Positions 1-8,224 of a DNA stretch of 64,000 bases are shown piece after piece (the first letter of the stretch is position 1; each line of letters starts with the position of its first letter). Position numbers and translations under genes: made by a program. Below the pieces are notes generated by a model that saw only the letters and a list, made by a program, of their open reading frames with translations, searched no databases and was not told the DNA's origin. The DNA comes from Candidatus Latescibacterota bacterium (GTDB lineage Bacteria; Latescibacterota; UBA2968), in the NCBI GenBank assembly GCA_965207885.1, contig OZ242311.1:1760001-1824000 (forward strand), read 5' to 3'.

Positions 1-646
1 AGTATATCGCAAGACCCTGCATCACGAGAAAATTTTGGGCATCGTATCGCAATTGATCGGATATGGCCTGCGGTGCAATGGCAACAAGCTCAACATGAAA
101 CAACCCGGCTACGGCAGCCCGGTCGAATGGCATCAGGACTGGGCATTTTATCCGCATAGCAACGACGATTTACTCGCTGTGGGCATAGTGCTCGACGACA
201 TGACAGAAGAAAATGGCCCCTTGCTCGTCATTCCCGGCTCGCACAAAGGACCGGTGTACGATCATCACCTCGACGGCCATTTCTGCGGCGCCGTAACCGA
301 CTCCACCTTTAGCGACAAAGGTGCCGTACCCGTAATGGTCAAAGCAGGCGGCATCACAATCCATCACGTACGCATGCTGCACGGATCAGTATCCAATACA
401 TCTGACAAACCCCGCCGACTGCTCCTATTTCAATACTGCGCGATCGACGCATATCCCCTATCGGGCCTGAACAACTGGGATTTGTTCAATGAAACAATCG
501 TGCGCGGTGAACCGACCAACATCCCGCGCGTGGAAGCCGTACCCGTGCGAATGCCATGGCCGGGCGCACTCCGAAGCGGATCCATTTACGAATCGCAAAC
601 CGTGGTGAAAGAGTCAAAATTTTCTAAAGAACACTATAAAAAATGA
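1..646 (+). CDS. Phytanoyl-CoA dioxygenase (PhyH) family protein, 5'-truncated by the window edge
   Basis: Frame is open from position 2. HQD (HxD) motif, NGPLLVIPGSH, and distal His in HHVRMLHGS. Confidence 0.85.
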   Translation, partial: VYRKTLHHEKILGIVSQLIGYGLRCNGNKLNMKQPGYGSPVEWHQDWAFYPHSNDDLLAVGIVLDDMTEENGPLLVIPGSHKGPVYDHHLDGHFCGAVTDSTFSDKGAVPVMVKAGGITIHHVRMLHGSVSNTSDKPRRLLLFQYCAIDAYPLSGLNNWDLFNETIVRGEPTNIPRVEAVPVRMPWPGALRSGSIYESQTVVKESKFSKEHYKK

Positions 647-674
647 ATACAACAATTCTACGGTAATACAAAGC

Positions 675-769
675 GCGAATAGACGAATAGACGAATAGAC
701 GAACTCCACCCTACCACCCGAAGTTAGCCGAACTACGTCGTTGATTCGTTGATTCGCTGATTCGTTCGC
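675..769. repeat. Intergenic palindromic element with 8-bp tandem arms (copy 1)
   Basis: (CGAATAGA)x3, a core of about 35 bp, then about three TTGATTCG-type units. An inverted homologue lies at 20619-20690. Confidence 0.8.
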
Positions 770-773
770 CGTC

Positions 774-1094
774 TCAATCCCGATAAGTAACAGCCGTGCC
801 ACTGGCACTGACCATAAGCATACTGCCCTCGCCAACCGTATCGTAGTCGAGATCCACGCCAATGACGGCATTGGCACCCATACCGCGTGCCTGTTCGACC
901 ATTTCCTCAATGGCGAGATCTTTGGCTCTGCGGAGTTCTGACTCATACGCGGCTGAACGCCCGCCGACAATATCGCGGAGACTCGCAAAGATATCTTTGA
1001 AAAAATTGGCACCCAAAATAGCTTCACCCGTCACAATACCCTGATAGCTATCAATAGTTTTCCCTTCAATATTGGGGGTTGTCAACACGAGCAT
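774..1094 (-). CDS. ybjQ: UPF0145/YbjQ family protein
   Basis: [11 protein letters not shown]...[12 protein letters not shown]...[11 protein letters not shown]...[12 protein letters not shown]...[11 protein letters not shown]; AAGGAGG RBS. Confidence 0.9.
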   Translation of the reverse strand: MLVLTTPNIEGKTIDSYQGIVTGEAILGANFFKDIFASLRDIVGGRSAAYESELRRAKDLAIEEMVEQARGMGANAVIGVDLDYDTVGEGSMLMVSASGTAVTYRD

Positions 1095-1207
1095 AAAAGC
1101 CTCCTTTTATATTGTTTTCTGATAATTTCATCGAAAAAATATCTCATTGTACACAATCAGGCAAGGTCTAAGGTCTAAAACAACATTCAAAAAACAGGAG
1201 CTTTGAC

Positions 1208-2026
1208 ATGAACCACGTGAGTAAATCCATGCGGCAACAGTGGCAGGAGCAGGGATATTTACATCTCAAAAATGTAATCCCCAAAGACGAAGCAGCGGAA
1301 TATCTCGACGCGGCCAATGAAGTAATCGCGAAGTACGAAGCCAAATATCCCGAGGTTCTCGAAAAAGGCGTCTATACCATCATCCAAACGCTCTTCCGAA
1401 CGAGTCGAATCGACGGATTAATGGACCACCCCAACTTATTTGGCACCATCCTCGACCTGATGGGACCTTATATCCAGATCATGGGATCGCAAATTTACGT
1501 ACGCTATCCAAATGACAAAACCGATAACTTGATCGGCTGGCACACCGATGCTGGACGCTCACTGGCACAAATTCGGGTCACGCCAGACAGTCTGCCATTA
1601 AACTTCAAAATACAGTTCTTCCTCACCGATATACCACACGAAAATTGTGCGAACTTCTGTGTGGTACCCGGCAGCCATCGCCGCCCAATGCCCAATGGAT
1701 CCCGCAATGAAACACCGCCCGGCGCAATACAACTCATTGCCGAAGCGGGAGATTGCGCGATCTTCCCCAACACCATGTGGCACGCGGTCGCACCAAATCA
1801 CACAGACGTCGTGCGGCGCAGCATCACCTTCCGATATGGACAAATGTGGTGCAGACCCTACGATTACGAAAAGTGTCCCGAAGAAGTACTATCCCGCATG
1901 ACACCTCGCCGCCGTCGGTTAATGGGTGACATGGGTGAAAAATATACGGCGACAGATTATTTCAAGCCCTCTGACCAGATAAAAGTCATCATGGATGGCC
2001 TGGACTTTAAGTGTCCCAATGCTTAA
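1208..2026 (+). CDS. PhyH family Fe(II)/2-oxoglutarate dioxygenase
   Basis: GYLHL near the N-terminus, WHTD, VVPGSH, AGDCAIF...WHA; AGGAG RBS. Confidence 0.85.
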   Translation: MNHVSKSMRQQWQEQGYLHLKNVIPKDEAAEYLDAANEVIAKYEAKYPEVLEKGVYTIIQTLFRTSRIDGLMDHPNLFGTILDLMGPYIQIMGSQIYVRYPNDKTDNLIGWHTDAGRSLAQIRVTPDSLPLNFKIQFFLTDIPHENCANFCVVPGSHRRPMPNGSRNETPPGAIQLIAEAGDCAIFPNTMWHAVAPNHTDVVRRSITFRYGQMWCRPYDYEKCPEEVLSRMTPRRRRLMGDMGEKYTATDYFKPSDQIKVIMDGLDFKCPNA

Positions 2027-2040
2027 CAGCCCATAAAACC

Positions 2041-2070
2041 AAAAGCCCCGGACAATCCGGGGTTTTTTTT
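2041..2070 (+). terminator. Intrinsic terminator
   Basis: GCCCCGGA-caa-TCCGGGGT stem followed by a T tract. Confidence 0.8.
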
Positions 2071-2080
2071 ATATCCGTGC

Positions 2081-2107
2081 GACACTTTCGGGATACAAAC
2101 TCGTCTT
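2081..2107 (+). promoter_or_regulatory. Possible ECF-type promoter upstream of the sigma-clamp fusion
   Basis: GACAC-N16-CGTC, loosely matching the ECF AAC-N16/17-CGT pattern, about 40 nt before the likely GTG start. Confidence 0.3.
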
Positions 2108-2147
2108 TTATTAAAACACGCGTGTATTGATTTCTCGTGGAGCATTC

Positions 2148-3512
2148 GTGGAACAGATTGAAGACAGCGCGCTCATCGCTCAAATTCTGGATGGCGACCG
2201 CAAAGCATTCGCAATTCTGGTGCAACGCTATTCGCGATATGTGTATGCCCAAATTGCCCGATCCATACGATTGGTTGACGACGTAGAAGATCTGGTCCAA
2301 ATCGTATTTATCAAAGCGTACGAAAATCTGCACCAACTTCGCAAACCCGACCGATTTAGACCCTGGTTACACAGCATCATACGCAACGCCGTCAACTCCC
2401 ATCATCGCCGTCGAGCCGTGCAATTGCGACTGGAAGAAACATTTTATCCAGAACCCGCAACGCACACAGAAGAAGAAATCAAACACGTTGTACGAGCCGC
2501 GCTTCACGTCCTATCGGCTGAACATCGCCAGGTAATCGCCCATCACTATTTCAAAGGGTATTCTTACGCGGAAACAGCCGACCTCCTGAACCTCACGGTA
2601 GAAACCGTGCGCGGGCGTCTGAGGCGTGCCCGTCTCAAATTGAAAGGAGAGTTACACAAAATGTCGGATATTCAAATGCAAACAACTGAACTGGACCGCG
2701 CGGACATGGACGCGCTCAAAAAAGTAATCGGTTTTGTAAGCGACGATGAAAAACGCCCGATCTTGCAGGGCGTATGTCTCGACACAGGCGGTCGCGCAAC
2801 TGCGACCAACGGACATATCATGATCATTCGCACCCTAAAAAGCCTCTCGGAATTGGTCGCACCCATTGTCATCGGACCCTGGGCAGGCATCCAACTCCCC
2901 GAACATGCCACATTGAAAATTGCGGAAACAACCGCAGAAATCCAGAGCAACGGCACAACCCTTCAGGTCCCCTTGATCGAAGGTCCTTATGTCAAATACG
3001 AACAGGTCATCCCGCAAGAAGATCCCACAATGCGCGTTTCCCTCTCGTCAACTCTTCTATCACACGCCCTGAACTTACTACAAGAATTCATGGAAGCACG
3101 GCATCCAGAGTCGGACACGTGGCAATACCGCCCCCGGGTAGATCTGCATCTCTCGCCACTAACCCAAACCATAACCTTTCTCACCTCACGGGACACGGGA
3201 TATACCCGAGAAGACAATGGCAAATTCCAATATCTCCACGACGCGAAAGATGACGACTCGCCGGGAGGCATTGCAGATTGGATATTTCAAGTACCCCTCA
3301 ATGCCAAATTTGAAACCTCATCAGAAGACACACTCAGGTTCGCTGTGAACTTCGCGTATCTAAAAAAGATCCTGCACGCGCTCGACTTTGAAGACAGCGA
3401 TGAAATCACAATGGAATTTAGAGAACAGGGAAAAGCGATCATCTTGCGCACGCCCTTGAATGCAGAATGGCTGGCATTGCTAATGCCAATCAGGCTGAAG
3501 TCAAAGGATTAA
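2148..3512 (+). CDS. ECF sigma factor (sigma2 plus sigma4) fused to a DnaN/beta-clamp-like C-terminal region
   Basis: N-terminus: D..LI...DGDRKAFAILVQRY, EDLVQIVFIKAY, FRPWL, GYSYAETA..L..TVETVRGRLRRAR. C-terminus: DDEKRPILQGV, ATNGH, LIEGPYVKYEQVIP, FAVNFAYLKKIL, LLMPIRL. GTG start at 2148 chosen from the GGAG RBS (ORF track gives 2127). Confidence 0.8.
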   Translation: MEQIEDSALIAQILDGDRKAFAILVQRYSRYVYAQIARSIRLVDDVEDLVQIVFIKAYENLHQLRKPDRFRPWLHSIIRNAVNSHHRRRAVQLRLEETFYPEPATHTEEEIKHVVRAALHVLSAEHRQVIAHHYFKGYSYAETADLLNLTVETVRGRLRRARLKLKGELHKMSDIQMQTTELDRADMDALKKVIGFVSDDEKRPILQGVCLDTGGRATATNGHIMIIRTLKSLSELVAPIVIGPWAGIQLPEHATLKIAETTAEIQSNGTTLQVPLIEGPYVKYEQVIPQEDPTMRVSLSSTLLSHALNLLQEFMEARHPESDTWQYRPRVDLHLSPLTQTITFLTSRDTGYTREDNGKFQYLHDAKDDDSPGGIADWIFQVPLNAKFETSSEDTLRFAVNFAYLKKILHALDFEDSDEITMEFREQGKAIILRTPLNAEWLALLMPIRLKSKD

Positions 3513-4396
3513 ACCACACCAGCATTCTCCAATGCCGCCTGAACCTGCCTTTCCTGCTCGGCAGACGACGGTGGCATTGGCGGTCTTGGCACACCTCCAT
3601 CGCGCCCCTGCAGCTTCATCGCATACTTGGTATTCGCGGGCAAATTATCATCAAAAATTGCATTCCAAATCGGCAGCAACTTTTCGTGTAAATCCAACGC
3701 CTTTTTATGATCACCCGCACGACACGCATCCCACACCGCCACACACAACTCGGGCACAGCCGTCAAAATCGCCGCAATCGCACCGTGCGCACCCAAAACA
3801 AATGACGGATACAACAACGCATCTACCGCAGTCATAATCCGCGCTCGATCTCCCGCCATCAACAACAAATCAGCCAGCAACTTCATATCTCCCGCACTCT
3901 GCTTCACCCCCACCACACCTTCCACCGCGTCAATAATCCGCGTCAACAACTCTGGTGACAAATACGTCCACGGCACCACATTGTAAATCATCACCGGCAA
4001 CCCCGTCCCCTCACACAACGCCTCAAAATGCCTGACCATCGCATCATCGTCTGGCCGAAACAAATAATGCACCGGCGTCACCTGCAACGCCACCGGGCCC
4101 AAATCGGCCACAGCCTTCCCCCGCTCAATTGCCGACTTCGTACTGTCCGTAATAATCCCCGTAATCACTGGCACTCGCCCATCGGCTTCCTCCACTGCCC
4201 ATTGCGTCAACTGCCTCACCTCACCATCCCCGAGCGTATGCCCCTCGCCCGTACTCCCCGTCACCGCCAACCCATGCACCTTCGCCGTCTCAATCATATA
4301 CTGAATTTCCGCACGAAACGCCCCCTCATCAAGTGAGTCATCCTCCCGAAACGGCGTCACCACTGGCGGCACAATCCCATAAATAGAATCCATCAT
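3509..4396 (-). CDS. Dihydrodipicolinate synthase/N-acetylneuraminate lyase family aldolase
   Basis: GIVPPVVTPF, GSTGE, YNV, catalytic K in GVKQS; GAGGAG RBS. Confidence 0.9.
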   Translation of the reverse strand: MMDSIYGIVPPVVTPFREDDSLDEGAFRAEIQYMIETAKVHGLAVTGSTGEGHTLGDGEVRQLTQWAVEEADGRVPVITGIITDSTKSAIERGKAVADLGPVALQVTPVHYLFRPDDDAMVRHFEALCEGTGLPVMIYNVVPWTYLSPELLTRIIDAVEGVVGVKQSAGDMKLLADLLLMAGDRARIMTAVDALLYPSFVLGAHGAIAAILTAVPELCVAVWDACRAGDHKKALDLHEKLLPIWNAIFDDNLPANTKYAMKLQGRDGGVPRPPMPPSSAEQERQVQAALENAGVV

Positions 4397-4572
4397 CTCC
4401 TCCTCAATCCGTGTGACCATAAATATTCACTCTGAAAAACATAGAGAAAAAAATATACAAACCACAACCCCATTTCGAACCATCTGGTGTTCGTGTTGCA
4501 GATTTTAAAAAAGGAATTATTTTAATCGTGTTCAATTCTCAGCATTCAGAAACCTTTTTTGGAGGGTCACAC

Positions 4573-5940
4573 ATGAATATCATCGTCGTAATGTCCGACA
4601 CCCTGCGCTATGATCACCTGGGCTGTCATGGCAATAACTGGATCCGCACGCCGCATATAGACGCATTCTCCAAACGCTGCATGGTCTTTGACCGCGCGTA
4701 TCAAGCGTCGTTCCCAACAATACCCACGCGCACAGACATGATGACCGGCAGACTCACCTTTCCCTTTCGAGGCTGGACGCCACTTCCCGAAGATGAAGTC
4801 ATCTTGTCCGAACTCCTCACAGACGCGGGATATGTCACCATGCTCTTATGCGACACACCGCACCTGGTAAGAGACGGACATCAATTTGACCGCGGGTTTT
4901 TGGGCTGGGAATGGATTCGCGGGCAAGAAGGCGACCGCTCAATCACAGATGATGTACCCGTCCCCTTCGAATCAGTCCCCGAAAAAATTCGCACACCTGA
5001 GCGCATGCAACAATATCACTACCGCTGGCGCGCAGCACACTGGGAAACAGAACGCGACACCTTTGTCGCACGCACCATGCAACGCGCTGCAGACTGGCTG
5101 GAAGCAAACCACACCCACGAAAAATTCTTCCTGTACATCGACACCTTTGACCCTCACGAACCGTGGGACCCCCCCGCGCACTATGTCAATATGTACAACC
5201 CCGACTACACAGGCGAAGTCATTGACCATCCCATTTACGACTACTGCGATTACCTGAGCGCAGAAGAAATCAAACACACGCGGGCACTATACGCAGGTGA
5301 AGTCACACTCATGGACACCTGGGTCGGTCACCTGCTGGAAAAAGTAGAAAACCTGAATCTCTGGGAAGACACAGCCGTAATCTTCATGTCTGACCACGGA
5401 CACTACATCGGCGACCACGGACGCATTGGCAAAAGCGGACAGGGACCAGATGGTGACTGGCCCTATTACGAAGAAGTATCCCACACAGCTTTCATGGGAT
5501 ATATACCCGGCAGCAACGCAGCGGGAAAACGCACAAAATTCCTGACACAACCCGTCGATTTCATGCCCACAATTCTCGACCTTGCAGGCATAAAAAAACC
5601 CGATGGACTGCACGGCATATCCGTCGCCCCCATCTTAAAAGGCGAAAAAACAGAAGAACAACGGAAAGTCGCCGTCACATCGGCAACCCTGCCAGTGCGC
5701 GAAGACCGCAGCGTGTGTTCCAGCATCACAGACGGCAACTGGACCTTGCACTATCGCGGACCCAACTGGCCAGCAGAACTATACAACCTCCAAACAGACC
5801 TCGCGCAAAAGCACAACGTGTATAACCAGCAAAACATAGCCGAAGCACAGCGACTGCACCAAGCGTATCTGGAAGTATTAAAAGGCGCGGGAACGCCCGA
5901 GGAAAAATTCGCGTTGCGGACAGAACTGCCCAATGCCTGA
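4573..5940 (+). CDS. Sulfatase/alkaline-phosphatase superfamily hydrolase (Thr at the formylglycine position)
   Basis: NIIVVMSDTLRYDHLG, PTIPTRTDMMTG, FDPHEPWDPP, SDHG. Confidence 0.85.
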   Translation: MNIIVVMSDTLRYDHLGCHGNNWIRTPHIDAFSKRCMVFDRAYQASFPTIPTRTDMMTGRLTFPFRGWTPLPEDEVILSELLTDAGYVTMLLCDTPHLVRDGHQFDRGFLGWEWIRGQEGDRSITDDVPVPFESVPEKIRTPERMQQYHYRWRAAHWETERDTFVARTMQRAADWLEANHTHEKFFLYIDTFDPHEPWDPPAHYVNMYNPDYTGEVIDHPIYDYCDYLSAEEIKHTRALYAGEVTLMDTWVGHLLEKVENLNLWEDTAVIFMSDHGHYIGDHGRIGKSGQGPDGDWPYYEEVSHTAFMGYIPGSNAAGKRTKFLTQPVDFMPTILDLAGIKKPDGLHGISVAPILKGEKTEEQRKVAVTSATLPVREDRSVCSSITDGNWTLHYRGPNWPAELYNLQTDLAQKHNVYNQQNIAEAQRLHQAYLEVLKGAGTPEEKFALRTELPNA

Positions 5941-5983
5941 TCCGCACATAAGTTTCCATTTTAGACTCTGAAATTTACAATAC

Positions 5984-6015
5984 AAAAAACGCCCTGGAGA
6001 AATCCGGGGCGTTTT
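5984..6015. terminator. Bidirectional intrinsic terminator between convergent genes
   Basis: AAAAAACGCCCTGGA-gaaa-TCCGGGGCGTTTT. Confidence 0.75.
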
Positions 6016-6040
6016 ATTATCAACTTTTTCTACACAACAT

Positions 6041-6262
6041 TCAAACATTTGTAATTGGCGCGTAGTGTAATACGATAAACTGGTTGGGACGTAAACCAAC
6101 TGATTCATAGGTGCGCCCTTCCCGGTCACAAAATTCAACTTCAAACGCTTGACCATCTGAAAACACCTCAACAATTGTTCCAACCTGCCCCCGACATAGA
6201 CCATATTCGGCAATATCTTCTGTCAATGCAACCACATATAAAAGTTTGTTATCTTTATCCAT
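6041..6262 (-). CDS. DUF4926-like small protein
   Basis: VVALTED...GL.RGQVGTIVEV....AFEVEF.D..GRTY signature. Confidence 0.8.
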   Translation of the reverse strand: MDKDNKLLYVVALTEDIAEYGLCRGQVGTIVEVFSDGQAFEVEFCDREGRTYESVGLRPNQFIVLHYAPITNV

Positions 6263-6322
6263 ATCACTTCGTGGTCAATAGTCAGTTGTAGATTACACCC
6301 TTGAGTTCGCCCACTTTTGACG

Positions 6323-7348
6323 TCACATCTGGCGTCTTTCATTTATCTCATACCCTGCTTCCAATTCCCGTATTAGAAGATCCATCTGTTCAGGCTCTTT
6401 TTCGTACGTATTGAATGATTTTACAGCCTCTGTTGCAATCTCTACCGACCTCTTTTCCTTGTCAATACCGATATATTTTCTTCCCTCACTCAATGCTGCC
6501 AAAGCAGTCGTGCCGCTTCCTATAAAGCAATCGAGCACAATTTCATCAGGTTCAGTAAATAGCTTAATGGCTCTACGAGGCAATTCAACTGGAAATTTAG
6601 AATCATGATCTGAATTGCTGCGGACAGAAGGAATTTCCCATACGCCTCTGGAACCCCAATTTACCCATTCTTGTTTTGTAAGCCTTGATCTATCAACCTT
6701 CGTTATACCCGGCTTCCAAAAAATATAAATATATTCTGACTCATCTACAGAACGGTATGATATGGTATGCCATCTTGAATTCTCCCAGGCAGCGTCTTTT
6801 ACCCATATACGCCGATCATATAAATAAAAACCTGCATCTGTAGCAGCTTTTTCTATCAAATTCCCAACGAGATAAACTCTTGTTTGGGATTGATATTTCC
6901 CACCTCTAATATTGTTACCATTAAGCCGCCGGTCTATTGTTTGCTCGCTGCACCCAAAGTGTTCTGCAAGTTTGTACCTATTCCAATCAGGATGCTGTTG
7001 TACAACCTTAAGTATGTCTTCTTTTGTAAGATTAATTTTCCGACGAGAAATGTTTTCCGCCATAATTTTCGGCATCGTATCATCCTTAAAACACAATATA
7101 TCGGCAATATTGATCACCAAAAATCCGCCGGGTTTCACAATGGGAAAATGTAGCTTAATCACCTTTCGCAGAAGATTTTTCCAATCTTGAAATGATAAAT
7201 CCTTCTCGTATTCTTTCCCGACGTAATACGGAGGCGACCAGATACTGAGCGCAATGGATTCCCGCTCAATTCTCTCCAAAAGCTCCTGAGAATCGCCATG
7301 ATATATTTCGTTCGGTACAAGTGCCTTAAACAAGTTTACGATTCCCAT
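6323..7348 (-). CDS. N4-cytosine DNA methyltransferase (beta class, M.SfiI/M.BglI-like)
   Basis: SPPY motif IV precedes motif I (VLDCFIGSGTT); H.SKFP. ATG at 7348 overlaps the end of the upstream endonuclease gene. Confidence 0.9.
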   Translation of the reverse strand: MGIVNLFKALVPNEIYHGDSQELLERIERESIALSIWSPPYYVGKEYEKDLSFQDWKNLLRKVIKLHFPIVKPGGFLVINIADILCFKDDTMPKIMAENISRRKINLTKEDILKVVQQHPDWNRYKLAEHFGCSEQTIDRRLNGNNIRGGKYQSQTRVYLVGNLIEKAATDAGFYLYDRRIWVKDAAWENSRWHTISYRSVDESEYIYIFWKPGITKVDRSRLTKQEWVNWGSRGVWEIPSVRSNSDHDSKFPVELPRRAIKLFTEPDEIVLDCFIGSGTTALAALSEGRKYIGIDKEKRSVEIATEAVKSFNTYEKEPEQMDLLIRELEAGYEINERRQM

Positions 7349-8052
7349 GACCCAATACACTCCTGTCTTTCTTTATCATAGGTAAGCCTTTGTACTCGCC
7401 ACGAAGCCTTGTCCTTTAACCTGCTAAAGCCTACTCTCACCCTGAAATCTTCACCTAATGTCGGTGCATTTCTACCAGCCAGCCAGATACCATCATCAAC
7501 CGTTGGATTATACCTTCCTTGCAATTTTCCATTTGGAATTGCTACCATAGTCACTTCATGCAAACGGTGATGACCTGAAAGATCATCGTAGCTGAAATGA
7601 ATAAGGCATGTCGTTGTGAGGTAATTTTTATCTCCATATTCGGATATTTCAGGTAAAAACCCTTTTTCATTAACCTGGGCACCGGATCGCCGTTGTCTCA
7701 CCCACATGGAAGTTTGTGACATCTGAATCGTTGCAGAACGATTTTCCTTTTCTGCTTTTGAGTCAATAAACAATGCCTGTCTGACGGTTTGATCAGGGAG
7801 GATCACATATCGTGCTTTTTTGTAATCGACTGTACCATATACTCTCTGTTGCACATTAAACCCGGAAAGCCGATCAAGCAATTCTCGCGTTATATCTTCA
7901 GCTATATCTTTAACACTATCGGGCGATCTAAGAAATATTTCATGTGCTTCCATTCCGAAATCATAAACCGCTTGGAATATCCAACGCAATGTGAGCTTTT
8001 CAATTTCCTCGATTTCATCCAAGGATAAATTTTTGGGGTCTTTTTCCGTCAT
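7336..8052 (-). CDS. SfiI-family type II restriction endonuclease
   Basis: LSLDEIEEIEKLTLR, AEDIT, VDYKKARY, FIDSKAEK (D-x-K), RYNP, RVRV.F.RLK...WR are collinear with R.SfiI as I recall it; adjacent to an m4C methyltransferase. Confidence 0.85.
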   Translation of the reverse strand: MTEKDPKNLSLDEIEEIEKLTLRWIFQAVYDFGMEAHEIFLRSPDSVKDIAEDITRELLDRLSGFNVQQRVYGTVDYKKARYVILPDQTVRQALFIDSKAEKENRSATIQMSQTSMWVRQRRSGAQVNEKGFLPEISEYGDKNYLTTTCLIHFSYDDLSGHHRLHEVTMVAIPNGKLQGRYNPTVDDGIWLAGRNAPTLGEDFRVRVGFSRLKDKASWRVQRLTYDKERQECIGSWES

Positions 8053-8224
8053 GTATTTACATGATGTGTGACTTCAAAATGGATATTTGATTTTGCTACA
8101 AACATAGACAGAAATTTATACGCTGTCAACCACCGCCAAGTGTTATATCCTGCTGCAAACAACAACACCATTTTGACACCGTCTGGCGTTCGTATTGCAG
8201 ATTTTGAAAGCAGAATGCGATCAT

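Noticed and set aside
675-769. Possible CRISPR array
   Set aside because: The units are 8 bp and directly adjacent with no unique spacers, and there are no cas genes.
1163-1178. AAGGTCT tandem upstream of a PhyH gene
   Set aside because: Only two short units; compatible with chance.
2661-3512. Calling the clamp-like region the housekeeping dnaN
   Set aside because: It lacks domain I, is fused to a sigma factor and is not near dnaA, recF or gyrB.
3509-4396. Assigning dapA
   Set aside because: Only family-level motifs; catabolic context with no lysine biosynthesis genes.
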